The notes: generated by a model not told the origin, from the sequence alone. Positions 50,901 to 63,529 are shown, counted from the first letter of the stretch. The stretch is 64,000 nucleotides of DNA from Styela clava (GCF_964204865.1 NC_135252.1:16988001-17052000); one strand, 5' to 3'. Translations and numbers: made by a program.

Positions 50901-53633
50901 GAGAACGGGTAGTTGGAAAGAAGGGTTTAGAGAAAAACCCTATAGCATAGCCATAGACTACTTTTCGTTGATAAAGCGAGACCCCGAGCGTGGAAATAAG
51001 TTTAGACGAACAAGGTTTATCATTGCAACTATAGACAAAGTGAAGCAAGTGAATTTTGTTGATAGGAGAAATTTTGCAAGCCTAAAGCTAGGGTTGGACG
51101 AACTTACATTATACGTGATTGATAAAAAAGTTTTTCAAAATACTATAACATTACTATTATGTTTTCTAGACTTCTATATTGTTCTGTAACACGATATTAA
51201 AAATAACAACCTTTTTCTAAGAATACAAGTCAATTCAGATGTCAATGAAATCCAGTTTACTTATTAATTTATTTCACCATCAGGTGCAATTATACGCTGT
51301 GAATTATTAGACAACAACTTTTCAATTGTTTTTTATAAAATTTAAGGTCGTATTATAAAAACACAAACAAAAAGATGAAATCGAATAAGCATAACGAATT
51401 TTTCGTCTCGGTAAGGTTTTTTCGATTTATTACATATAAAGTCGAATGATTGTTGAAGAGCGTGTCATTTAATTATTTCGACGCTGCAGAAAGAAAACTG
51501 CAGTTTATTCAACTGCGGAAAGGAGAGTAATCATATATTCACTGATTTGATGGGAAAATATTTATCTACATTCTGTATATTACACTTCATTACAACTTCT
51601 TTCTGTGGTTTTCTAAATAGGAAACTGAATTTTTGAATTCGTATTCAACGAACTTGTCGGAGTTGGCTAGTATTCCAGTTTTCTTCCTATTTATAACTTT
51701 TTACGTCGCGAGATGAGTATAATTCTTTACCAGGCGTCTAAAACATACTATTTTGAAAACATTTCTCGTTTATATATTCAACATTTGAGGTGTATACAGT
51801 GAAGTGTGTAAAGGGAACTTCCAAAACTTCAGACTTTTGTGAGTCTTACTCGCTTTTTAAACTTCCGTATTTCATTTAACCTTGTCATGTAGTAAGTACA
51901 TTTGGGTTCTATCAATCAACTAATCACCTCCAAATGCCGGTACAATTAGTACCTCTGTGGCCGAAGGGTAACAAGATAACTAATGCGTGTTTGTATTTGA
52001 GACTAACAAAAAGACAGATTATGGTTTTTAGCAATTAGCCGATAATAGTAGGATGTCACTCATAGAGTTTACAGCGTATTTTGAGTGAGTTGAAAATGGG
52101 TGAAATTTGATATTTTTAGTCTGAATTTTCTGCGCGTTAAACATAGATTGTTGGTTTTGCGTCTGGCGACCTAATTTTTATGTCTTAAATTATTTTTTCG
52201 AACAGTATTTGCAACTGGACTAAAAAGACTAAAATTTGCAATCGATTTACATATACATATTATGCTGTAATCTGTGCATTCCTAATATGAGTCCGTAAAA
52301 TATTTGTAATAAAGCAATAATTCTAGTTATTTTTTTTTCACCAGAAAAAACAATACTTTGTATGATACATCACACATGCCAGATTTTTTTAAAAAAAATA
52401 TTTGCCAAATTCCCTGGAGACCACTCAGGACAGAATGGCAGGTGGTCTTGTAGATTGAGTAAAGTTTAAAAGATTTGCGTAAGACTGCTGCTTATATTAA
52501 ATACAGATGTGACAATAAAATGTTAAAATGCTTAAAAATACATAAAAAAACATTCCAGTCGAGATTCGCGTTAATTAATTAATTGATTTGGTTTATTCAA
52601 TTTATCGTTTTAGCGTTTGGTGTACAATGTTGAAGATTTCAGAATGTTTAAACACTTTTTAATATGAAGTTACAATTTTTGAAAATGAAATATTACCTAT
52701 TTTTTCGTACAAAAAAAACTGTCCTTTTCAATTGTGTATTCATCTCTCGAGTAGCGCAATAACTAGCCATAATTTATCGTTGTCAAATCCAACTGGTCAC
52801 ACCGTTATATGAATTGAAAAGTTCTTCTCTACGCGTTGTGATAAATAATCACGAAGACAGGCGTGAACATTGTTAAATATTCAATGGACTTGGAATTTCA
52901 CGTAATTCTTGTGTGTTTATGCATGGATATACGTAAATTTTAACTTATTGTGTCACACTTGACATTTCCCCCAAAATGTCTGCCTTTTTGAGCGTTGAAT
53001 TTTAGGTTTGTTTTGTTCTTAGCATTAGTGATGAGAGAATGGAGAACTATATTATTGGTATTTATTTTGGCCATAAGTTGTAAAATATAAATGAGAATCA
53101 TTTCTACTTTCTGTGGCATACCTCGAGATAGAGTTTGCTGTTTCTGAAAGAAGACAAAGTCCTCAATTTGATTACATAGAAAAAAAACGTTTTGTTTTAT
53201 AAATGTATCATCAATATTGGGTCAAAAACAGTATCTGGGAGGTAATTGTATAGGACCTTACGGGCAAAAGTGTAATATACAATATAAAGTGTAAATATCT
53301 TATATTCGTGAACCCAAAGTCTAGCCTTAATCATTATGAGTGTGAGATATATTTGAGAAGAGAATTTGAAAGATAATTTCATTCCGACAACAGAATAGTT
53401 ACGTTTTGATAATTTGTCTTACTTAAGCTTGCATTATTCAAATTGAGTTGAAAATCACCAAAAAAAAATTAACGTGTTTTAATAATGCTTTGTTCTTCCA
53501 TAGCAAACGTTAGAAAAAAATAGGCAATAAGACGCCTTCAGTTCTGTACGAATATACGGTACAAACGGGGAATTTCAATTCAGGATGCAAAGTTTCACGT
53601 GAGAGACGTTATCACATATGATCACAAGGAGTC

Positions 53634-56600
53634 ATGTTGTGCTTCCGTGCAAAAATCAAAGTTCGTTATACATTACTGTTGTTCTCGTTTTTTGCCTTTT
53701 CATTTTATGGCATTGCAAGAGTTCGGACATTTTTACATCACACAGTAGCCCAGGAAACAAATAATGACGTAGCTCCTGACGTCATTCGTCGCTCTTTAAC
53801 CGCAAGGTGGCACGACAGTAGGGAACTTCTCAATAAAATTTCTAAAACGAGGAATAAGTTTTTAGCTGGAGAGAGAACACCTCCGAAATGGGACTCAGAC
53901 GTAGATGGGCAACTAGTCATCGAAGAAGACAATTGGCCGCCAACAAAGTCTGACCCTGTGACCCAAAAGGACTTAATAGCAAACGAAAATGAAATTATTG
54001 AAAATAGTGATATAGATATTCCCGACTCTTGGGATGAGAATTCTTTAATAGACGATAAAAATGAAGCCGAATTGCGTGAAACTACTGTTCCTAATCCTGA
54101 AGAAGACTTTGGGGGAAATAATTACGATGATGCTGATGTTCAAGATTCAAAAAAACAAAATACGTACAATAAAGGTGAGTTAATATCATCGGTTGTTTTT
54201 GACGATAATTTACTGAGAAATCAGTTTTTTAATATTCCAGTTTTCTGTGGCATAGAAGTGTCAATCATTACTTTTTTCATTATTTAGATTTTATGGATGA
54301 TATAGAAGCTCAATCTAGGGAAGCTTATCCAGGAATTGAAGAAAGGTAAATATGTTTTATGTATACGATTATGTTTATTCCAATTTCAACAAACTTTCGT
54401 TTAATAAAATCGTTATAATATAATAATAAAATCACGTATCATAAAACTACGCATCATTATAACGAGTTGTGTCTTTGCAATTAAACGAGCTGACACATTG
54501 GAGTAGGGTTTCCCAAACTGGGTTTCTTTATTGAGCCACGGAGTAGTGCAAAAACGTTTAATGTGTATCATTTGTGATGACTACAATAATTTAAAATAAA
54601 TTGACTGTGCTTTTATTGTGTTGCCTTGGTTTGCTGGCTATATTATTGTTAAACTTGGTTTATAAAATAATTGATGAAAACGCGCTAAAAACATAGATAT
54701 ATATAGAAGCGCCACAGGTGGTGAGACTTGTTTGAGAGTTGGCCACTGATCATGAAACTTCAACATGAAAAGAGTGTTAGGCCACATTGTGATGTAATAA
54801 TCAATGTATAATGGGCCTATGGCCAACAATACAAAATCAAAGCATAATCATTTGATATGAAGACGAGAGGTCAGAAGGTTATCATCAAACAGTTTAAAAC
54901 AGAATATTGTGTTTATGATATACCCAAATAAACAGGATATCTTCAACTTTATGGGGTAAGAGATAGAACTGAGACCGTGAAACCGCTGTTTCCAATTGTA
55001 ACGAGATTTTCCAGTTTAATGGATGCATGAGTGATGTTCTCGCGAGATTTGAAATCTATTTATGGAGTTCAGTTCAGAACGCACAGTTCAAAAAACATGA
55101 AAACATATTTTCTCAAATGACTATATTATACAAAAGTTGTCTTTATTAACTTTCGACCTATTTAAAATGGATTTTTTATAACTTGGCTTTTATATCTTTA
55201 TAACTAGCCCATAGGGACAATTAGCACGTTTTTGGGTTTCGCGGTTTTATTTTCAAAATCCTGAACTTCGGTAATCAGTTTGACATTCACATTTATTCCC
55301 CACGGAATATTCAACATTTAAACATGCTGACAAACAGTGTGTTAAATATACTGCAAATATACTGTTATAAATCCGCTTCAAAGGACATCGGGGCAGCCGG
55401 TTGTATGTAGTCTACGTATGAGTGAACCTGTTGCTTTTTGAAAGATATGTACGATCTTTATGGTTGAATTTGAGCGCCAACATAGTGGAGTTTTTGGCAT
55501 CCGCCCGGTTTAATTCAATTAACATATCTTCCAAAGTCAATTTATCTGGGTATTTTCAACAGTGTTTGTAAGTTGAGTCTCTTCTTGTTTCTGATCACAG
55601 ACTAAACAATTTCATTGAAAAGCCGATAATTCGACCTCATTATGCGAACTGTCTGGGAATACTCAGGCATCAGGAGATCCCTGCTGCTTGTGGTGTCTCA
55701 CCGCATTCATTATAAAAATCATCGACGACATGTGTGGCCAATTTTGACAGTAATATCGAAATTCAGTGATTTATGTCCGATGTAACTTGAAAAAAAAAGA
55801 TAAAATTAAATAAATTTACCAGACTGTAGCTTTGCAAACCTAATTCAATGTTAATTAATTTTTCATATGTTTAAAATTTCTCAAACTCGAAGCAAATGTG
55901 AAAAATTTAGGCTGAATATACTAACCGGACGTACGTAACACAAATATCTTTAATAAAAACTACTGAAAAAGTTGAACCATTTACTTTGCACTTAACAGCC
56001 CTACAGTGGAATCACGCTACGGCGTATAAGATTTTGCCGCATTTTTTACCTGTCATACTTGAACCTAGTGTGCTATATATTGATTAAGTCCCTGATTTTT
56101 TTACTGTGGAATTCCACTAAATTTACACTACTATATTCCACACATAAGTTCAATTATTCATTTTCTCTGACAGCAGACAGAATAATCACAAAAAAGATGA
56201 TCCCACGCAGAATTTTCAACTCAACCTGAAACTTGACACGAGACATGATGACGAACAGCCGCAGTATGATAACGGAGACGTTCATGCTGAAACCATCGAG
56301 GAATACGGTGAAAACGAGGAAGAAGATGAACCAGAAATTGCTGAAGACGCTGAAGAATACGACGATAATAAACCCGAAGAAAATAATCGAGAAATTGCCA
56401 CGGAAAAAATACCTGAAAATAGAAACGCAAATCAAAAATTTAATAAAACAATTTTCCAGCCAAATGACAGCAAAATCAAGTATTACATATCTGAAAACTT
56501 GGAATCGTTCACTCGTTCACAAATTAATGGAAGCAGAATTGCGAATTTTGGAAGAGCAAATGATTTTCCCATGACTCCAGAAGGTGAGTCACGAATTCGT

Positions 56601-59600
56601 TAATTTCATTTGAATTTCAGATATTTCTCTCGTTGCCTGAAATCACGGTATTCGATACTTTTAATCGTCACCGTTCATTTATTCAAAACACATCACGAAA
56701 TCTGGGGCCGAAACACGATATTCATGTATCAAATTGAGAAATTAATATAATTAAATATCGTAAAATATTGCACCCTTCTGCAATAAATAAATCGGTCTTA
56801 AATTTTAATGAATAAACAAAAGTATAATATTCCCTGCTTTTAAAATATTAATACGATTACCGGTAATTTTGAAAATATCTAGAAATTTTCGGGCGTCCCA
56901 ACAAAAATTCTTAAGAAAATCTTTTTTTATCGGCACTTTCAAATTTGATGAGCTATAATGTCGATGAAATCACAATTCAGTTATTATATATATTTCAATG
57001 TTGCATTAGCTTTTGGAATGATTTCTTTTCTCAGCAACCATTGTGCTGTACGTAAGATTTTATGGAACGTCATAAATAATTTCGGTCATTCGAGTATGAC
57101 GTCACAATGTAAGAATGTGTTATTTTGCAAGTATTCGGAACGCTATTTCACCACTGTAAACCAAATCACTACTTTTATACCATTAAATCGATGCTTTCGC
57201 ACTTAAATTAGTGGTCTTTTCAACAAAAATACAGTATTTCAAATGTCTTTCAGAGGAATTATAGTCTATTAGAAAATTGTGTTATTTATAGAATTTTGTC
57301 TGAAACCAGAATGTCGTTAATTAAATCATCATTTCTTAAATTAAACATCCCCGGTACAAGAATATATAGAATCTCCACCCAATTTTCTAAAATATACCCA
57401 ACTTATATGAATTTAGTATTTAATTAATTAAGTTATTTAAGGAAGTAGGAAATAATATTAAATATTATAATTAGGGAACTCTAATTATTGTTAAAACTGA
57501 TTTATATAACTTCAGTTTTGTCCAAGTACGATTTGCCTTAAAACTAGTATATAAAGAGTAATGTATTACTGTCCGTGCCTTTTAATAGTAGTCATGATTA
57601 CTATTAAAATTTAGTTAGTTTAGCATGTTTCATTTTATTGCAATGGGATTTAATTAATAGAAGCGGATACAATTTTGAGGATATTAGTTAATATGGTAAT
57701 TACGATGGTAATATTACAGTATTACGTATATTCCATCCTATTTAATTTAACGAATTTACAATTATCAGTTTCATAACTTATTTAGATGCGGTCAGAAAAT
57801 ATGGCGATGATCTTCCATCTTGGGAGAAATATGAGATTTTTCATTATCCAAAAATATATTATCTCGGACTTGGAGCAAACAAAACTCAAGTTCAACAAAA
57901 CATCAGCAATAATTTTGGATTCGATTTTGATGCAGGAACGGAAAAGGAAGGACATTATAAAGTGGTAAGATTTGAAATTTAAAACAAAAATGCTCAAAAT
58001 ATATATATTTAAACCGAGCGATAATACAATTATATAATACAATATATAATATAATGTATGTATAATACAATTAGATTAATCAATTAAATGTAATTTCTTT
58101 GTTTTAATCACTAAATATTATTTAAAATCTAAAAATGTTACGGTATCAATTTTTGAATATTTTTCAAAATTTGGCTTCTCAAAAAGTTAGTACAAAGCTA
58201 TTTACCATAATTTCAAAAGTTTAGTGTATATAAAATACCAATACCTTGGTGTCTTGACTATAGGAATTCTAATATGGCCCACACCATATGAATTGCTCAA
58301 CTTAGTTTCATTTTCAAATTCCCATCTCAACAAGGAACCTTTTACGGTTACAGATCCATTCACCACTTATTTTTGTAACAAAAGAGATTTCATATGTACT
58401 ACACACAATACTAGAGATTAGGTGTTTTTGGAACGTTAGTCTAAGGTACTTGTTTCTATGGTATTCACGAAAAAGAATTTCAATTGGCTTAAATGATTAA
58501 TATAATGAAAAAAAAAACATTGATGGCGCATTTAAAGTAAGAGGGGGAATTTTGTTTATTGATTTTACTTCATCGTCATCAAAGTGACCGAGTTTTGTTT
58601 ACCACATTTTTGTATTTCAGGTTATTGGCGATCACATAGGTTATCGATATGAAATATTAAAGTATGTTGATGCTGGTACATTCGGTGCTGTTGTCCTGGC
58701 AAGAGATTGGTCAAACCCGATTGCCAGAGACGTAGCTCTGAAGATCATGCATTTAGATGAGTATGTTCAGTTTAATTTCATTTTATATGAGACTTTGAAA
58801 CAGCGAGATCGACACAAACCAAAAAATTAAATTAATAAACAAATGAATTTAGACCTTATTAAGTGTATTCCTCGACGTACTTTTAAATATGTTGAAACTT
58901 ATCCGAGAATCTTAAACAACCTGCAACCCGTAGTAAAATTTATGCGCTTAATATTTATTTTCTTGTTGAAAATTAACGCAAACATTGCAACTTCGCCATT
59001 TAGCATGATAGGGGGGAAATTGAAGCTTGACAAACTTCTGAAATAAAATTGTTGACAATAACTCTGCATGGTACAACTAAATTTCTCATTTTCTTCAAAG
59101 TTGATAATTGTTGATTACCAAATATCATTTATATAAACAACATGTTTTTTTTTCGAGTTTCCATTTTGTGATACGAAACGCGGTGGTTTGACTAGATTCA
59201 AAGCTACTATGCCAACATTCTTGAGATATGCTGTCATGCCACTGTAATTCATTTACTGCTCACCGTGGATTCTAGTGCCTTCCAATTGACTCTAATTTGA
59301 TTTCATTCCCCCGCGTTCAATTGACCCCTCTATTTAATTTTTTTTTTCATTTTTAGAGAAGAAAAATATTTTCTGAGAGAAGTCAGAATGATGGAATACT
59401 TGGAAAAATATGCATCAAATCATAATTATTTTTCGAGAATGATCGCGACGTTTCAGTTCCGTAATCATTGGTGCATTGTCATGGAATTACTCGGGTAAAA
59501 TGAAATTATTTACTGACTACTCTATGCAAGTATTAACTTTTTATCAATCTTGCCTCGCAAATTGCTGATGTAATGAATAAAAGAAACAAGAACAATAAAA

Positions 59601-62600
59601 AGTTATGTGACTCTTGATTTAACTTTCCTTCAGTCACATAACAAAACATTGAATCCATCGCTCAGTCAGTTCGCATGTCAGAATTTCATTTTAAAAAATG
59701 ACTTCAATCAAAATAATTCAAGGTGGGATTCACCTCGACTCCAATGGTCCATTAATAATTTACCTAGCCCTACAGAGCACCTAAATCGCTGAAATTCCCT
59801 TTGCAAGTTCCAAATTGCAAGCTTACAGTTAAATAAGAGTTTCTTTATCCCAAACTAAACCAGAGACCAATATGTTCTCACAATATTTGTTGATACCTAC
59901 ATATTTTGAGATATTTTTGAAAAGTGAAATATCGTGTTGATACACGATTTTCTCTTTTACTCCTGTTTTGCACAGGCGATACCAGCCATCGCCTGTACTT
60001 TGAGCCTTAACCCCGTATTTGGCCCGTTTTCTAACAGTAGTCGCGCAGACTTTTTCGTGCTATGGACCATTTCAATTATTTGCCCACAACTTGGGAAATC
60101 ATTTAATTATAACAAGCCTGATTTATCAAGTCGCCCTTGATTTGTCGTCGTGGTCAAGTTAAACCACCATTTTGCTATTGCTCAGCGAATCTCTGACTAC
60201 ATCAGGCATGCGTGCCATTCAAATAGCCATATCTTATAATTGCTGGTTTCTCATTTTATTACTCTCCATAACATATAATAATAATAATATACAGTAATGA
60301 AATTATGTTATAACTTTTTTCCCACGCAGGCACGCCGTTGATCGTCACTACTTGGGACACCCAGTACGGAATCCTCATATATTGAGACAATTCTCCAGCG
60401 ATATCATAAAAGCAATGTATTATCTGAACGAACTCAATATTGTGCACGGAGATTTAAAACCGGTAATTTAATCTTATTCTTTATATCTACGTGAATAGGC
60501 GTAGTTGGTCCCAAATAGATTAAAATTAAATCTGTGAATACATCCAATACCTGAAGACACGTTCTTTCTGTAAATCCGTAAAAAACTGAAATGAAGTTAT
60601 TAGACTTCGTTCAATTTTATTCAATTTGACAAGGATTGTATTAGTTTTATAGAGAGCTTAGAAAATTCCAATCTTATTTTAGCAAGATCCAACTTGAATC
60701 AAATCAGTATCGAAATATTTGAAAGATTTAAAAACCGTAGTTAGAATCACCCCTATTACTCAAACTCAAACTCGATTTTGATACTGTTGGTCTCGACCCT
60801 TGGGGTCCACTTTATAAAAACGAAATTTCGTTTGACTTGTTTCAAGCTAATTAATCGATAATCAATCGATAATTAATCAATCAATTCTATAATCTCATAA
60901 ACTAGATTGATTTATTCATTTAAATTTAACTTTTCTCATTTTCAATACCACGACATGATTTTTTTCCCTGTTTATCGCTATTTTTCGAGTTTCTTGAATT
61001 TGCAATTTCTTCAATCATTACTCAATATTTCCTCTTTCCTTTATTCCAGGACAACATCATGTACATATATGGGAAGAATAATGAAAGTAAAGGACAACTT
61101 CTCAAAGTAGCAGATTTTGGAATAAGTTGTATCCCTGGCTCGGAAGGTAACAGTGAAATTGATTTTTTTATTTTTAGCAAATGTTTCACAGTTCCTGTTA
61201 ATTGATACTGAAAAATCAATATGATAGATAGTGATACAGATGGATACGAAAATAGTAGTCAGTGTTCAACAATGCAAATGCCAAGAGTTGTTCGTAGAAT
61301 TCATCAACCCAACACTATCTAGACGTCTTTATTGTAAAATTAGATGAAAGAGACATTGGCATAAACATAGTCTTACATTGGTTGGGTACTAATAAGCGAT
61401 TCGCATGGGAATAAGCGCCGAAAATAAGCGAAGCGCTCGAGATTCACATATGGGACATATGTGGACAATGTACCTTTAACAATGCCACTTAATACAACAT
61501 TCTATGCCAACATTTTACATATACACCATTTTTGCAATTAAAAATTGATGAAATTTTTAGAATGCACAGTCAGCGATAACAAACAATTTTGCTGTTTAAT
61601 TGTTGTAATATAAACAAACAGCAACATAAATAGCCTTTGCAAAAGTGTGATGCCCAACAGCTAATTTGAAACACTGTCTAGTTGAACGTGATTCTTACTG
61701 CGCTCTAGTTCTTCATTAAACAACGGTAAACGCTTGCCAGAATCCGAAATATGAAACATTTGTGATGTAATATTCAATCCGAAATTGAAAGATAAAAACT
61801 TAATCACGTCTAAACGCTAATGAAACTACGCTAAAAAAAACTACAAAGGTTAAACATATGGCGTTGAGTCATTAATTCGAGGTAAAGAAGATTGTGTTCA
61901 ATATATTTCCCTTAAATTCACTCAAGTTCTTGATGCTCAACGACCAAGCCACTATAATTCCTTAATAAACCTAAAAATTTGACTGAAATTAATGAAGTTC
62001 CGAGTGCAGCTTTTGCGTTGTATAAAATTTATTGAATGGCTAACACTAGCACACAATAAAAATAGAACGCTGAAATTTTTTGAATAAATTGTAATTGATT
62101 AGAGCAGGATACAGCAATGCTTATACAATCAGGTCAATCACTAAATCTTCTCAGAAAAAGTGCACGTAAAAAGGCGATAAAGAACCAGATGACTTCTGGT
62201 GTTTCAAACACGTGGTGTGAAATTGGTGTGAAACAAATAATTCAATAATTGTTACGCCACTTTGGCTTGTCGTGTAACAAACGCGTAATAGTAATAATAT
62301 GAATTGTGATTCGGGCTTTTTTCTGGGTTAAGATAGATACAATAATCTGCATATCAAGTGAAGTTCATACAATTGAGATAAGTGGCACAAACTTTTTGAG
62401 ACACATCATTGTTTCCTGTTTTTGGTGTTAGTAAATGAATCACAAATTTGACCATGTTTTCATTTTGTACAGATTATCACTGCCCAGAGTATTACATCCA
62501 AACTCGTTATTACCGAGCACCAGAGGTTATTCTGAGTTTACCAATCACTCCCCAGTGTGACATGTTCAGTGTCGGAGTGATTTTGGCAGAGTTTTGGTTG

Positions 62601-63407
62601 GGTGTGCCACCTTTCTTCGGGGAAACCGAGGCCGATCAGCTGGCAGCAATGATGGAAGTAATCGGCCTTCCACCAACATACATGATTGCAAAATCTCGGA
62701 GAAAGAAAATCTATGCAAGTAAGTAGGCGTTTATTTTGCCTGCGCATTTCATTGTGATACCAAATTTGGATCTTTAGGGAACAATGCAGACGAACCACGG
62801 TCCTTCTTAGCCAATGACGCGCTTCAAAATTTTAAGAACGGGTTCTTCTTCATTACATTGAACTCACTAACAACAGGTTCCCTCATTCCAGGAAACTATG
62901 TCGAATTAAGGCCCTAAACACAATAATGGGTTCGTACGAACCCTTGTGAAACCCCCGAGTCCCATCTCTGCTTCAAGCTAATGATAACAACAATCATTTG
63001 CGACCAATGTCTTCATTCTAAATTTAACTTTAATATTTTTGTTGTCTATACGCCTCTTTTGTTTGAAAATCAATTTTCTTTACTGATTTCATTTAACGAT
63101 ATATACGCAGTCTTTATGAAAGAACTGTGTAAAGCCAGCGCACAGTTACCCATTTTTCATAGCGAGTTCGATTTATGAAATATGAGAAACTGTAATTGCT
63201 AGCTTTAGTCAGGTGAATAAAGGCATTCATTAAATTTTGGAGCTACCAACAGTTTTATATATCTTATAATTTGGTATTTACGTTAACAGAAGCAATATGT
63301 TACACAACTGAAAACGGATTTCACCGTAAACCTTATCGCAAGCCTTTGACCAAAGTCCTGAACGGAATGGATCCAATGTTGTTTGATTTAATTGCAAGAT
63401 GTCTGGA
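53634..63407 (+). CDS. Signal-anchored class II DYRK-like protein kinase, paralog 5 (acidic stem; 3' partial, final WDP exon beyond the window)
   Basis: Exons: 53634-54174 (MLCFRAKIKVRYTLLLFSFFAFSFYGIA + stem), 54288-54345, 56174-56583 (acidic stem ..EEYGENEEEDEPEIAEDAEEYDD..FPMTPE), 57786-57964 (DAVRKYGDDLPSWEKYEIFHYPKIYYLGLGANKT..), 58621-58760 (DHIGYRYEILKYVDAGTFG..VALK), 59357-59494 (LREV..FRNHWCIVMELLG), 60330-60462 (HGDLKP), 61050-61146 (DNIM..NESKGQLLKVADFGISCIP), 62473-62718 (DYHCPEYYIQTRYYRAPE), 63290-63407 (DPMLFDLIARCLE). Confidence 0.9.
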
Positions 63408-63529
63408 GTGAGTTCTTATTATTTATTTATTTCACTACCATGCCGTAATTTACCTGCCATGAACTACTCACTTGGGACCGAGAGAGATAAGTGATAAGTT
63501 CATGTTTACAATTAGACCATGGAAACTAT

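Noticed and set aside
50960-51110. Minus-strand hydrophobic peptide (LAKFLLSTKFTCFTLSIVAMINLV) as another signal-anchor exon
   Set aside because: No in-frame ATG nearby, an early stop, and no downstream stem or kinase exons.
56154-56574. Hydrophobic minus-strand ORFs and Lys-rich plus-strand ORF
   Set aside because: Shadow frames of the acidic stem exon 56174-56583 of paralog 5.
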